Assembly: GCF_006345805.1 (NCBI RefSeq)
Contig: NC_042997.1
Coordinates: forward strand, 132,184,001-132,248,000
Direction of reading: 5' to 3'
Length of the DNA stretch: 64,000 nt
From: Octopus sinensis
Taxonomy: Eukaryota
Each line of letters starts with the position of its first letter. The stretch's first letter is position 1. The notes under the pieces are model-generated. The model did not search any database, was not told the DNA's origin, and saw only the letters and a program-made list of their open reading frames with translations. Made by a program: the position numbers and the translations under genes. Shown here piece by piece: positions 25,008-37,221 of the stretch.

Positions 25008-25293
25008 GGGCAGTGGACTCATGGTCGTAGGGTCGCGGTTTCGATTCCCAGACCGGGCGTTGTGAGTGTTTACTGAGCGAAAACACCTAAAGCTCCTCGA
25101 GGCTCCGGTAGGGGGTGGTGGCGATCCCTGCTCTACTCTTTCGCCACAACTTTCTCTCACTCTTTCTTCTGTTGGCCTGCTCGCTTAGCCAGCGGGGTGG
25201 CGTCGTCCAAAGGCTAAAACAGTGCGAAGCGCATTATGACCAGCGATGTGTAGCAGCATCTGATAGTCTGGTCGGTCACCGTGATCACGGTGA
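25008..25293 (+). mobile_element. tRNA-headed SINE family B, 5'-truncated, tail type 4
   Basis: GGTTTCGATTCCCAGACCGGGCGTTGTGAGTGTTTA.TGAGCGAAAACACCTAAAGCTCC body; inserted in (TA)n. Confidence 0.85.
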
Positions 25294-26499
25294 TATATAT
25301 ATACGCAAAGCTAGACATCCCAATGCTACACATTTAGGATCTAGTCTTTCTCATTCGCAAAATTAGCCCCCTTTAATTTTGTTCAGATCGCTTTCAATTT
25401 TGGTGCATCGATGCAACTCTGAATTTTTATCTCGTAAATTAAAGAATCTGATGTTATTTGGCATTAAAATTAGGATATTTGGGTAATTTTAGCCATTCAA
25501 CAAAAGCGTGGCATTAGCAGCTTGTTACCATGACAACAATACGCTGCGTTGTGGTTCACTGTTGTCCTTGCCTCTGTTGTCTCTGTTGATTTTTTACACT
25601 TAATTCTTCACATCACCAGATTCTTTTCACCTGCTTAATTTGTTTTAATTTTTCTGTGTTAGTATATTACATATTTTTCTGTGCTTCTGTGTGTTAGTTT
25701 TTTTTTCTGTGCTTCTTTCTGAGTGTTAGTATTTTTCTGTGCATTTTTTCTGTGTGTTAGTATTTTAAATTGTAAGTTGATCCCCGATTTAGTTGGCTAT
25801 CTACACCTGTTTGTGTCGAGCACAAACTTGCACGAAGTACAAATGTCTGCCAGGTTGGTAATGACAGGGTTAATATACATCTCAGGAAAAACAGCCTGCT
25901 TATATTCAATAAGTTTGGTGGCACCCTGGTGGTACATATCACTGTGGGAAACGTAAAATCTCCTATAATTGTATTGTTATATATATTAATTACCAGGGTG
26001 ACCCACAATTTGACTGGTTTATCCATGCTGGTTATATCGAGCATAAACTTACACTAAGTATAGGTGGGTGTGTGCATGTGTGTTGTTTTATATAATTTCG
26101 GGGTACATTAATATATTTTCACATTTGGTAAGTTTTGTGGTACCCTGGTAGTACTTATTGTTACATATATTAAATACCAAGGTTGCTCTCAGTTTGGCTG
26201 GTTATCCACGCCAGGTATATCGGCCACAGACTTACATAAAGTACAGTTAGGTGTATGTGTGTGTGCCTGTATGAAGACATGGCTGAGGTGGAATTGTGTG
26301 ACAATCATGCATTTCTTAAATGAGGAAGAACAAACACTCCATCGCGATTCTTCCCCGTTTCTTTTAAATTCTTTAACCTCAATTGTCACGATAACGAAAC
26401 TTCTAAGGAAGAAAGCTTCCACGAAACCCAATGGTCAAAGTACATGTGGTGTATATATAAACAATATATATATATATATATATTGTTTATATATACACC

Positions 26500-26631
26500 G
26501 CTTACCAACCACATAGTTCCGGGTTCAGTCCCACTGCGTGGCATCTTGGGCTAGTGTCTTCTACTACAGCCCCGGGCCGACCAAAGCCTTGTGAGTGGAT
26601 TTGCTAGACGGAAACTGAAAGAATCCTGTCG
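26500..26631 (+). mobile_element. SINE family A, 5'-truncated
   Basis: GCTTACCAACCACATAGTTCCGGGTTCAGTCCCACTGCGTGGC...GGAAACTGAAAGAA. Confidence 0.85.
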
Positions 26632-27905
26632 TATATATATATATATACACACATATATATATACACATATGGACACATTTCGACCCATAGACATTAATAC
26701 ATTTTCATGTACTGTGTTTGCAAATATTCGCATAAACATATATACATATTCAAATACGTACTTGCGTACTCATATGCATAAGAACAACATATACCCTTAT
26801 ATCCATCAATGAACATATATATACATACAAACACATACATACACATACATATATATATGAACACATTTCGACATTTCTACCTATATTTACTAAATTACAA
26901 GATATATGACTGTCCACCAAAGGACGTATACATGCATACACAATAAGTAAGCAGAAATTACTATTAATTAAGATATGAATAAATTAATTATAAATTAAAT
27001 TAATTATAAATTAATAAGTGCCAAAAAAATATATATGTATATGTTTTTCTTATGCGTATGAGGACGCAAATGCATTTTTGAATGTGTATATAAGTATATG
27101 CGAATGTTTGCAGACATGGTGCATGAGAGTATATATGTATATGTATATGTGCGGATGTGCGCGTGTATGTGTGTGTGTACAAATGTTGGTATAGTTTTTC
27201 CCTTGCCTACGCTAGTGTATTAGAAACCTAAAGCTATCAACAAACCAACCGTAGGAAAGACAATGGTAATTTAAATTCAAATCCACAGGCCAATCATAAT
27301 TTAGCGCTAGATCTGTAATTATTTCTGAAATAATAGTGTATTTATGTCACAAGGAAAATTATAAACTTAAAATCGGACTTACATATGTGCACCTGTGGAT
27401 CTTAATGTAGTATAAACAGAATGCTGGTACTTCATATTTCGTATGTATATGCGGATATCTAACACTTTGCATGGTATTGTAATACTATTGTGACTATATT
27501 GCTAATTATGGAATTTATGTATTGTTTCTCTAGTATTAGCGTTATTAATAATAATATGAATGATGATATTGGTAGCATTAGTGGTAACGACAATGATAAT
27601 GATGCTAGCATTAATGACATTTTGGAAATTAATAAGAACTAATAGAATGTAATCTTGACTCTCTATATCTGCATTTAGGTATGTGTATGTTTTTCTACAT
27701 TGTAATTATCACAACATTAAGTTGAAAAACTGTAACATTGAATGTGGAGCATATGTATGTTTATTAATTTATATTATTTATATCATTATGTATATGTATA
27801 TTTATATGTATAGGAGTATGAGTATATGCACTCATATGTATATGTATATGTTTTATTATGGGTATGTACCACACCTATATAAGTATGTATGTAATCTAAT
27901 TTGTA

Positions 27906-28083
27906 ATTTCCGAAGAGGCCTTAGGATGTTTTTGTAAATGTCTCATTTATAACTACATATTGACCTACCATAAATGGCTAATATAAGCTGTTTCGGCCAT
28001 GTAGATAAGCATGTCTCATTTAGTTAGTAACTAACTAACTAAATGAGATATGCTTATCTACATGGCCGAAACAGCTGTAAGAT
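27906..28083 (+). ncRNA. Degenerate type I hammerhead-like motif split by a fold-back hairpin
   Basis: C-C-GAAGA (27910-27916; U4 to C) + GGCC ... GGCC + GAAAC-AGCT-GT-A (28068-28079); short stem I ATTT/AGAT. Hairpin arms 27986-28028 and 28034-28076 lie inside stem II. Confidence 0.45.
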
Positions 28084-28316
28084 ATAGTCTATATTTATAT
28101 TTATGTGTACTTATATTTATTTTCTATTGTACGTATTCTACTTATTGTATAACATTACTATTTTATGTACACTCCTTCATGTACACTGTTTTACCCTACA
28201 TTATTATGTTTAACCTTATAGTTTCTTATGTCGTGGTTTAATAAAGTATGTGATTAAGTATTATCTGGTAATTGATATTTGATTTCGATGTATTTCTCCT
28301 TTTTCTTATTTTGTAT

Positions 28317-28378
<62 letters not shown>

Positions 28379-28619
28379 TATATATATATACTGTTCACGG
28401 TAGAAAATATTTATAAGTTGTTAAAATATAGTTTTCTTTATCGTGCGTGTGTGAAAATCGAACTTTTTCCTTCTTCGATTCAAAACAAATTTTTCCCATC
28501 CACCGAGAAATTATGTTTAGAAATAAGTGTATGTGTGCGCGTGCGTGCGTGTGCGTGCGCGTGTGGTTGGGAACAAATCCATGTTAATTACTGTGGAACT
28601 TCGATGTATTGCATTGAAA

Positions 28620-28693
<74 letters not shown>

Positions 28694-28733
28694 TAGCCTA
28701 TCTACCTACCTATATTTTTTATTTATTTATCTC

Positions 28734-28960
28734 CAGTGTCAGGGAACTTCAACCCCCACCCCCCAAAAAACACAAAACAATGCTCTCTTCTTCCAAACAA
28801 AATCCCCTAAAACATGTTTTATATAAATGAACAAGATGTTTGTACATGCAAAAAATTTCATTTGACAAGTTTGATAAACTAACGAAAGCGTTAATAATAA
28901 TGAAGAAATAAAAAGATTTTTTTCCAAAATTTCTGACGACTTCTTTCTCAATATTCAATT
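28734..28960 (-). mobile_element. Truncated copy of the hAT-like MITE at 23797
   Basis: Reverse complement shares GTCAGAA.TTTTGGAAAAAAATCTTTT...ATTATTA.CGCTTTCGTT.GTTT..C.AACTTGTCAAAT. Confidence 0.6.
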
Positions 28961-28978
28961 TCTGTACATCACACTTAA

Positions 28979-29029
<51 letters not shown>

Positions 29030-29053
29030 CATACACATACATACATATAATTC

Positions 29054-29652
29054 GTAAACACACCAGCATCATTTGTCAAGCGATGTTGGGGGAGGGGACA
29101 AACACACACACACACACACATATATATATACGGGCTTCTTTCAGTTTCCGTCTACCAAATCCACTCACAAGGCTTTGGTCGGCTGAGGCTATAGTAGAAG
29201 ACACATGCCGAAGGTGCCACGCAGTGGGACTGAACCCACACAAGCGGCACAATGGCTCAGTGGTTAGGGCAGCGGACTCGCGGTCATAGGATCGCGGTTT
29301 CGATTCCCAGACCGGGCGTTGTGAGTGTTTATTGAGCGAAAACACCTAAAGCTCCACGAGGCTCCAGCAGGGATGGTGGTGATCCCTGTTGTACTCTTTC
29401 ACCACAACTTTCTCTCACTCTTACTTCCTGTTTCTGTTGTACCTGTATTTCAAAGGGCCGGCCTTGTCACTCTCTGTGTCACGCTGAATATCCCCGAGAA
29501 CTACATTAAGGGTTCACATGTCTGTGGAGTGCTCAGCCACTTACACATTAATTTCACGAGCAGGCTGTTCCGTTGATCGGATCAACCGGAATCCTCGTCG
29601 TCGTAACCGACGGAGTGCTTCCATCCACTTACCACACAGTCACTCCTACGCC
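29054..29652 (-). mobile_element. SINE family A split by a nested family B SINE
   Basis: A body at 29054-29237 and A head (ACTTACCACACAGTCACTCCTACGCC) at 29627-29652. Confidence 0.85.
29246..29622 (+). mobile_element. SINE family B, tail type 3 (short)
   Basis: A box TGGCTCAGTGG, B box GGTTTCGATTCC; tail shared with 56156-56660. Confidence 0.9.
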
Positions 29653-30125
29653 ATATTCCAGCTTTGTTACTAATTTGATAAGAATAATGGTAGAGTTGAC
29701 TGGAAAGTTTGCTGCTAGGTTAGAAAAAACTTTCCATAGTCAATAGAAGTGTAAATGGTGATAACGTGTGGAACTTTTTTTTTACGCTAATCATGTGCTT
29801 AAGGCCATGGATTGTGGCTCTAAGGTATTTGCATAGAACGCTTCTCATTTAGATGGTTAGATTTCAGGGTAAGATTTCAATAGCCAATGAAAACTGACGC
29901 TCACCATCGATTAACACTAAACAGGCACGAAATTTCACAAACTCTAAAATTCTACTCACTGGAGATATATACGACGTTAATTTTCCAAGAGGACCACGTC
30001 CCGAGGGAGCGTCTATGAGATTGCTTGACGTGTCGGAAACAGATGTCAGCTCTTCCTCATATCTCACTGTTATAGGAAGGACACATCTTATGAGAAGGAC
30101 AGATTCGGTAATGTAGTTCAAGACA

Positions 30126-30423
30126 TGTTTGTTCCTTCTCGAGCCATGCCTGGCTCATAGGGCCGGTTTCCCGGTTTTCTTGGCGTATAGGTTCCCCACC
30201 TGGATGGGACACCGGTTCGTCGCAGGTGAGCTGCAAGATGCAGGAGGAAAAAGTGAGAGAAAGTTGTGGCGAAAGAGTCAGCAGAGGTTTGCTATTACCT
30301 TCTGCTAGAGCCACATGGAGCTTAGGTGTTTCGCTCATAAACACACATCACCCGGTCTGAGATTCGAAACCGCAATACTTCGATCGCGAGTCCGCTGCTC
30401 TAACCACTAGGCCATGTGTCTCC
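30126..30423 (-). mobile_element. SINE family B, tail type 1, with TSD
   Basis: Flanked by AGTTCAAGACA (30115-30125) and AGTTCAAGATA (30424-30434); (AAAC)n tail. Confidence 0.9.
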
Positions 30424-30839
30424 AGTTCAAGATATACTATGTCTAAATAAGATGGGACAAGGGCGTAGAGTGTATGCCGACCGGAGCATTTATTGAGTTT
30501 TCTACCCTGCCGGGCTCCCAAGCGTTTTCAGAATTATGTAGCAGACCCAAAAGTAGTGCATCCATAAAAGCGTCACTCGGGGCGGACTGCCCCCACATCC
30601 CTCCCTAGCTACGCAGATGAGATGTGATGGTCATGGCTGGCACGATTTTGTTCCTAGGTATGTTCTCTTAGAATCCACACAATCTGTTTCCGTTATTATG
30701 TTTTAAAAATAACTACGCCTTTAATCTAAGCAAGACAATAAAGCACAAAATGCAGTTTATAAATCTAACCAGCAATAAATTTAATGCTCAGCATTCCGGA
30801 GATCTAAAGTAGGAATCTGTTTGACTACTGACGTAAGTA

Positions 30840-31257
30840 TTAGGTTGTCAGATAAATTTATTCGTTTTTTTCCATCCATCCATCCATCCATCCATCCATC
30901 CATCCATCCATCCATCCGTCCGTCCGTCCGTCCGTCCGTCCGTCCGTCCGTCCGTCCATCCATCCATCCATCCATCGATCGATCGATCGATCGATCGTAA
31001 TACTTTCCAATGTTATTTGAATGAGCGCGAAAAATATTTTTATCGCATTTTAATTTCAATTTTATTCATTTTTTTATTTCTTCTTTTTATTCTTTTTTTG
31101 TAGTTCTAGTTTTCCTCGACAACTACTGTTTATAGTTTTCGAAAATTGAATAAACCGTACCTCATTTCACACATGTGACGACGGAGTGCTGAGCAGAAAA
31201 AACTAAACAAAACAAAACAAAAAAAAAGAAAACGAACGAATTTATCTGACAACCCAA
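30840..31257. mobile_element. Mariner-type MITE with internal compound (CATC)n(CGTC)n(GATC)n microsatellite
   Basis: TA|TTAGGTTGTCAGATAAATTTATTCGTTTT at left; AAAACGAACGAATTTATCTGACAACCCAA at right (~28-bp imperfect TIR). Confidence 0.55.
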
Positions 31258-32167
31258 TTTCCCAATTTGACTAGAGTAATTTATTTCTCCGCTTCTTGAC
31301 TTACTTTTCAGTTTCTTTTTCTGAATGTCGTAAGATCATTTTATCATCTTTATAAATTTGTTAATTGAATGTAGATAAAAAAAAAAAAGATAGGACTGTG
31401 AAAGAACGTAACATTCCCCTGTCCCCCCTTTTTTTTTCATGTTACCCTTAAGGGAACACTTGACTTACATTGTTGAAATAGCTTATACAACACACCACCT
31501 CAAATTACACTTATTGGAATATTTAAACTCATATTACATAATAAAATATTAGATTATTTAAAGTTTCTGGGTGGTAAATACTTCTTCACAGTCTCAGGCC
31601 AATTCAGACTACAGTCTCGAGGGTTTTAGGAAATTGGTAAAACGTTTAATTCTGAAAGATTGAAAAATAAAATGAGGGACAAAAAAAAAAACCAAAAAAA
31701 AAAAAAAAAAACAACCAAAGAAAGAATTTATCTCAATGTGTGTTTATGGGCGAGCGAGTAAAATTCTGATACAAGGCTAGTATTAGCTGAGGATGAATTA
31801 AGTAATAAAATTTGATACTCTTTACATATGAGATATGAGAAATGTTTGATCCATTAACTGAAATTCCTTTGTAAAAATGTACCGAGATACTCTTTATGAA
31901 TAGAGTTTTGTTTTCAAGTCAATATTTCGAAAATAAACAGTAGGAATTGAAAAACCACGTGACAAACTTTTGTGTGATAGTTTGATAAAATAAATATAAT
32001 GGGTCTCTGTCGTTCGTCGATCAGGTTTCAGTTGCTTAGTCAACTAAACTAGCTGCTCCTGGATTACTGTGAAAGTGGTTGGGTATTCCACATCTACGTG
32101 CAATCTTAATGTAATTCTCAAGCAGACAATAAAACGAGATACAACTGTGTAACAAGACCGTTTTTGA

Positions 32168-32261
32168 ATCAGTTATTATAACTGATTTTATTATAATCAG
32201 TTATAATAAAAATTATAACTGATTATAATTTTAATCAGTTATAATCAAAATTATAACTGAT
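32168..32261. repeat. Alternating-orientation palindromic minirepeat of ATCAGTTATAAT / ATTATAACTGAT
   Basis: Six alternating units read directly from the sequence. Confidence 0.85.
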
Positions 32262-33299
32262 ATAGTTATATTCAAGTGTAATACACTTGAGAGGATTCTA
32301 TACAGTTTCCGTCTCCCTGATTTCACTCACAAAGTATGGCTCGACTCGAAGCTATAGCAAATGACATTTGCCCAAAATGCCATGCAGTGGGATCGAACGC
32401 ATGACCTCATAGTTGCAAAGCAAACTTCTTAATCATTCGGCCATACTGTACCTACCGATAAAATAAGTACTAGTCAAGTAGATCGACTACATGTACCAAA
32501 ATTTGAACATTGTACCAAAGTCTTTGTGCAATTTCTAGTTATTTAGGGGACGGTGAATGGGAAAGTCAGTACATCATCTGACAAATTATCTATTTTTCAT
32601 CTCTTAGTTACGAAGAAATGCAATGTCTTTGACCCCTTACGGGTCCTTCAGAACTGGTGAAAGAGAAGGACGAAGTTAGCCTCAAATCGAAGACCTGCCT
32701 GAATGATCGCTTGAGACTGGAGTCTACAAAGGACCAGGTAATAGTGTTAAACTGGGTGACAGGTTAATTCTACTATTCATGTAGGTCATGGATTAGAGGA
32801 TTCGAAACGTGATGAACCCGAAACAAGTATTGCACAAGACATCTTACCCAACTCTCTGGCAGTAGCTCTAATTCACCAACTAAAATTTGTACATTTTCTC
32901 ATCGACATCGAAAGGATGAAAGCAAAATTGACCTTAGCGGGATTTGAACTCAGAGCATAAAGAGTTAGAATACCACAAAATAATTTTGTCTAACGCTCTA
33001 GCAACTCTGCCAGTTCGTTAGCTGATGTCTGCTCCCTCAGCATCTTCTACTGTTATTACGTGGTTTTTGTTACACAGAACCATCGGGTGGTCTCATGCCA
33101 TTTCCACAAGGTTTGCTAGTCGACTCACTCGTCTCTCATCTTCGAGTTTGTGTCTCGAATTCCGCCTAAGATCCAATATTAATCACTTTTGCCGAGTCTT
33201 CCTTTCCAGAATTTCTTTTCTGTCCAAGATATTCCTGCAGCTATCAAGGTACAATTGCTAAAGAACAATATGAACTGTACCGATCTTACCGATCACGGT

Positions 33300-33601
33300 T
33301 TGTTTGTTCCTTCTCGAGCCATGCCCTCATAAGGGCCGGTTTCCCGGTTTCTGTGGCGTATAGGTTCCCCACCTGGACGGTACGCCGGTCCGTCGCAGGT
33401 GAGCTGCAAGATTCAGGAGGACAGAATGAGAAAAAGTTGTGGCGAAAGGGTCAGCAGAAGTTCGCCATTACCTTCTGCCGGAGCTGCGTGAAACTTAGGT
33501 ATTCCGCGCATAAACACATACATCACCCGGTCTGAGATTCGAACCCACGATCCCTCGACCGCAAGTCCGCTGCTTTAACCACTAGGCCATATGCCTCTAC
33601 C
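33300..33601 (-). mobile_element. SINE family B, tail type 1, with 12-bp TSD
   Basis: TSD ACCGATCACGGT at 33288-33299 and 33602-33613. Confidence 0.9.
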
Positions 33602-34125
33602 ACCGATCACGGTAGGTCCTTGAAAACAGTTTGCATTGAGCTTTTCTAAAAACCAAAGAAGGAAAGAAAAGGTTTGATTTCAAATTTCATTGGAGTGACT
33701 TGCTTTCAAATCCTTTGAGGTTGGTGAGTGCTAAAATAAAGCTAGTAATATAACAGAAGTAGTATGGAATCGACTCACTTCTGTCATAACACAGTGGTTG
33801 TTTCATGAATGTAAGGTATTTAGAAAACAGTGAAGGGCAATACCTACGACGTATACAGAGTTTTCTTCAGACTAGTAATGCCGATGCATTTGGAAGGGTC
33901 TCTGTTAAAATATGACCAGATATATTTATCTCTTGATAGATGTATTTGTACGCTTTATTTAAAGAAAAGGTATTATTCTCATTAGCATAAATATATGATT
34001 ATATTACTAACATAATGAATAATTATTGATCGCCTTCATCCCTTTTACTGATTGCATCACCCGTTTGGTAAAAAAACAAAAAAAGTATCTTCAAAGTTTG
34101 GTCGTAATATAACATTATGTATAAA

Positions 34126-34510
34126 GCGGCGAGCTGGCAGAAACGTTAGCACGCCGTGCGAAATGCTTAACGCGTTACGTTGTGAGTTCAAATTCCGCTG
34201 AGGTCGACTTTGCCTTTCATCCTTTCGGGGTCGATCAAATAAGTACCAGTTACGCACTGGGCTCGATATAATCGACTTAATCCGTTTGTCTGTCCTTGTT
34301 TGTCCCCTCTGTGTGTAGCCCTTTGTGGGCAGTAAAGAAATAGGTATTTCGTCTGCCGTTACGTTCTGAGTTCACATTACGCCGAGATCGACTTTGCCTT
34401 TCATCCTTTCGGGGTCAATAAATTAAGTACCAGTTGCGTCCTGGGGTTGATCTAATCGACTGGCTCCCACTTACCGAAAATTTCGGGCCTTGTGCCTAGA
34501 GTAGAAATGA
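34126..34510 (+). mobile_element. SINE family C (tRNA-like head + duplicated Deu/Nin-like core)
   Basis: GGCGAGCTGGCAGAAACGTTAGC...GAGTTCAAATTCC head; core GTCGACTTTGCCTTTCATCCTTTCGGGGTC.AT..A.TAAGTACCAG present twice. Confidence 0.85.
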
Positions 34511-34814
34511 ATATAACTTTATGTATTAAATATCTGACTGGCAGACATTTAAATCTAGTCAGTTGTGCAAATTAACCAGAAAACTGCAAGTTAAGTAACT
34601 TGATCTTCTATCCTGATTCCATATTTGATAATTTCATTAAGCAGAACATAATTTGGTGTACAATGGTGCCAGTTCGTGTGAGCTTGGAAATATTTTTATT
34701 TATGCTCTATATCTTTCAGTTATTGAACTGCGGCCATGCTGGGACACCGCCTTAAAGGGTTTAGTCGATCAAATCGTACCCAGTGCTTATTTTCTAAATT
34801 GTAGAACTTATTCT

Positions 34815-35120
34815 GGAGGTGCAATGGCCCAGTGGTTAGGGCAGCAGACTCGCGGTCGGAGGATCGCGGTTTCGATTCCCAGACCGGGCGTTGTGTGTGT
34901 TTATTGAGCGAAAACACCTAAAGCTCCACGCGGCTCCGGCAGGGGGTGGTGGCAAGCCTTGTACTCTTTAGCCCCAACTTTCTCTCACTCCTTCTTCCTG
35001 TTTCTTGAGTAATGCTGCGAAGGACTGGCGTCCCGTCCAGCTGAGGGGAACACATACGCCACAGAAACCGGGCCCATAAGCCTGGCTGGTCATGAAAAGC
35101 GCGCATAAATAAAAATAATA
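34815..35120 (+). mobile_element. SINE family B, tail type 2, with 12-bp TSD
   Basis: TSD AGAACTTATTCT at 34803-34814 and 35121-35132; A box TGGCCCAGTGG. Confidence 0.9.
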
Positions 35121-35134
35121 AGAACTTATTCTAT

Positions 35135-35402
35135 CAGTTTCTTTTGCCGAACGCGCTAAATTATGGTGAGACAAACAAACCAATACCGGTTGTCAAAAAG
35201 TGTGGGGGGAGTGACAAGCATAGATACAAAGACACTCACAGACGCACACACACATACGCATATGCATATGTACGACGGGGTTCCACACAGTTTCCGTCTA
35301 ACAAATTCCCTCATAGTATAGTATAGTTATTAGTCGGCCTGGGGCTTTAATAGAAATAACTTACTCAAGGTTGTCGCGCAGTGGAATTGAACTGGAAACC
35401 AC
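35135..35402 (-). mobile_element. SINE family A, diverged
   Basis: CAGTTTCCGTCTAAC...GTCGGCCTGGGGCT...GCAGTGGAATTGAAC matches family A in reverse. Confidence 0.7.
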
Positions 35403-35948
35403 AAAACGACCATCTTATCGATGCAAAGACATAAACCTAAGTGTATTATGATTCTGAAAAAGTTAAATAAAAAGAAGAAAAAAATGAGACGCAGTCACCA
35501 AAACTAAGTTAGCAATAACATATTTAATTCAAGGAACATTACAGTAAATATGTGGAGAGTAAAAAAAAATCGATATTTGTGCATGGTATCTGTTAGAGGA
35601 AGAACCGGTCATGAACCGTGGAAGAGAAGAGTATGCGAGGAATATAATGTGACAAACATTTCAATAAATTTAACAGGAACATGGTTTTATGAAATAACTG
35701 CCGTGTGTAAATGGTAAGAGATAACGTGAAATATATAACTTTCAAGAGAATTAGGTGGACAGCCGGAATATATGATTTCTGATTCTCGCAGACGTTTCAA
35801 TCGTCTGGCTTTATGTATGCACACATACGCACGCACACACATATACACTCTTACACGCATATGCGTAAAGGAACTCGCGCGCGCGTACATATATATATAT
35901 ATATATATATAATAGTAGGCAGATTGACAATGATAGCAAATAATAATG

Positions 35949-35981
<33 letters not shown>

Positions 35982-36014
35982 TTTTGACTACATATATATA
36001 TACTATCCTATACT

Positions 36015-36590
36015 ATCCTAAATAAGAACACCATTAGACTCTCCTACTCTACCACGCCCAATCTAGCCAGGAACCTAGCCAACAACAACGTGAAAAAACT
36101 TAATATATCTACTCTTTCCGAGGCCCATCCAACATCCGATAGCAATTGCAACTGCCCTGATAAAACCACCTGCCCCCTCAACAACAACTGCCTACAGAGG
36201 GACCTCGTCTATACATGCGAGGTACGATCAGGCCCCGATGATAAAAGAAAATCGTACATCGGAATGACGTCAAACAGCTTTAAGACCCGCTGGTACGCCC
36301 ACACACACTCGTTCCGGCGACAGGATAAATCCAACCAAACTACCCTCGCCGCCCACATCTGGTACCTTAAAAGGAACTCCATCCCCTTCAAGACCAAGTG
36401 GAGACTACTACAGAAGGCGCGTTCGTACACAGGAGGCCATACCTGCTGTGACCTTTGCATTTCCGAGAGCCTAGAGATCTTGTTCGCCAAAGGCCATCTC
36501 CTCAACAAGATCTCAGAACACTCCCCAAATTGCATGCATAAAATTTATGCAAACTACAAGAACTATAGACCCACCCGGCAACCCGTTTGA
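36015..36590 (+). CDS. Penelope-like element C-terminal GIY-YIG endonuclease fragment (CNC..CPL..C subtype), 5'-truncated, no RT
   Basis: Open frame NKNTIRLSYSTTPN...CNCPDKTTCPLNNNCLQRDLVYTCEV...YIGMTSNSFKTRWYAHTHSF...LAAHIWYLK...CDLCISE...LLNK; GIY-YIG VY/YIG motifs and conserved R, E, N present. Confidence 0.88.
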   Translation: MLNKNTIRLSYSTTPNLARNLANNNVKKLNISTLSEAHPTSDSNCNCPDKTTCPLNNNCLQRDLVYTCEVRSGPDDKRKSYIGMTSNSFKTRWYAHTHSFRRQDKSNQTTLAAHIWYLKRNSIPFKTKWRLLQKARSYTGGHTCCDLCISESLEILFAKGHLLNKISEHSPNCMHKIYANYKNYRPTRQPV

Positions 36591-36719
36591 CGACACCCCA
36601 CCCACAAAAACCCCCCAACCCCACCGTTCCCCCAGCACCCCCGATTAACTTTCCTCCTAAGACTATTCACAGATTGTATATGTACACTTATATATATGTA
36701 TTGTATATATGTATAGAAA

Positions 36720-36848
36720 TGAATGGGTGTTAGTAGGAATATACGCATGTATGTGAGTGCGTGTATATGTATGTGTATGTGTATGTACATGTGTATGTGT
36801 ATGTGTGTGGTTTTTTATATTTTTTAATATTTTTTTTATATTTTATAT

Positions 36849-36891
<43 letters not shown>

Positions 36892-36972
36892 GTATGTGTA
36901 TGTATGTGTATGTATGTATATGTATATATAGATGTGTATATATGTGTGTATGTATGTGTATGTATGTGTATA

Positions 36973-37003
<31 letters not shown>

Positions 37004-37215
37004 GTGTACGCTCGTGTGTTTATGTATATGTAAGTATGTAGAGTTGTGTGTATGTGCATGTATGTATATATACATATGTGTAGATAGGTATATACGTGTA
37101 TGCTTATATGTATGTTTCCGTCTGTACAAAGGGTAACTGCATGTGTATATATATCTATTATTTATTATTCATTATTTATTACATGAGTATGCGTTTGTAT
37201 GCATGTATGTATTTA
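36720..37215. repeat. Compound (TA)n/(TATG)n/(TG)n microsatellite between the two GIY-YIG fragments
   Basis: Direct reading. Confidence 0.9.
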
Positions 37216-37221
37216 TGTATA

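Noticed and set aside
25524-25537. RFX X-box-like GTTACCATGACAAC
   Set aside because: One mismatch to consensus, no nearby gene, and probably inside a repeat.
23797-28960. Inverted pair 23.98-24.16 kb / 28.77-28.95 kb as the ends of one 5-kb element
   Set aside because: The left copy has both of its own ends and the copies are clearly diverged; two independent MITE insertions are simpler.
34816-34890. tRNA genes at SINE heads (families A, B, C)
   Set aside because: A and B boxes are present but the anticodon and acceptor stems do not pair and the heads run into SINE bodies with TSDs; no amino-acid identity assigned.
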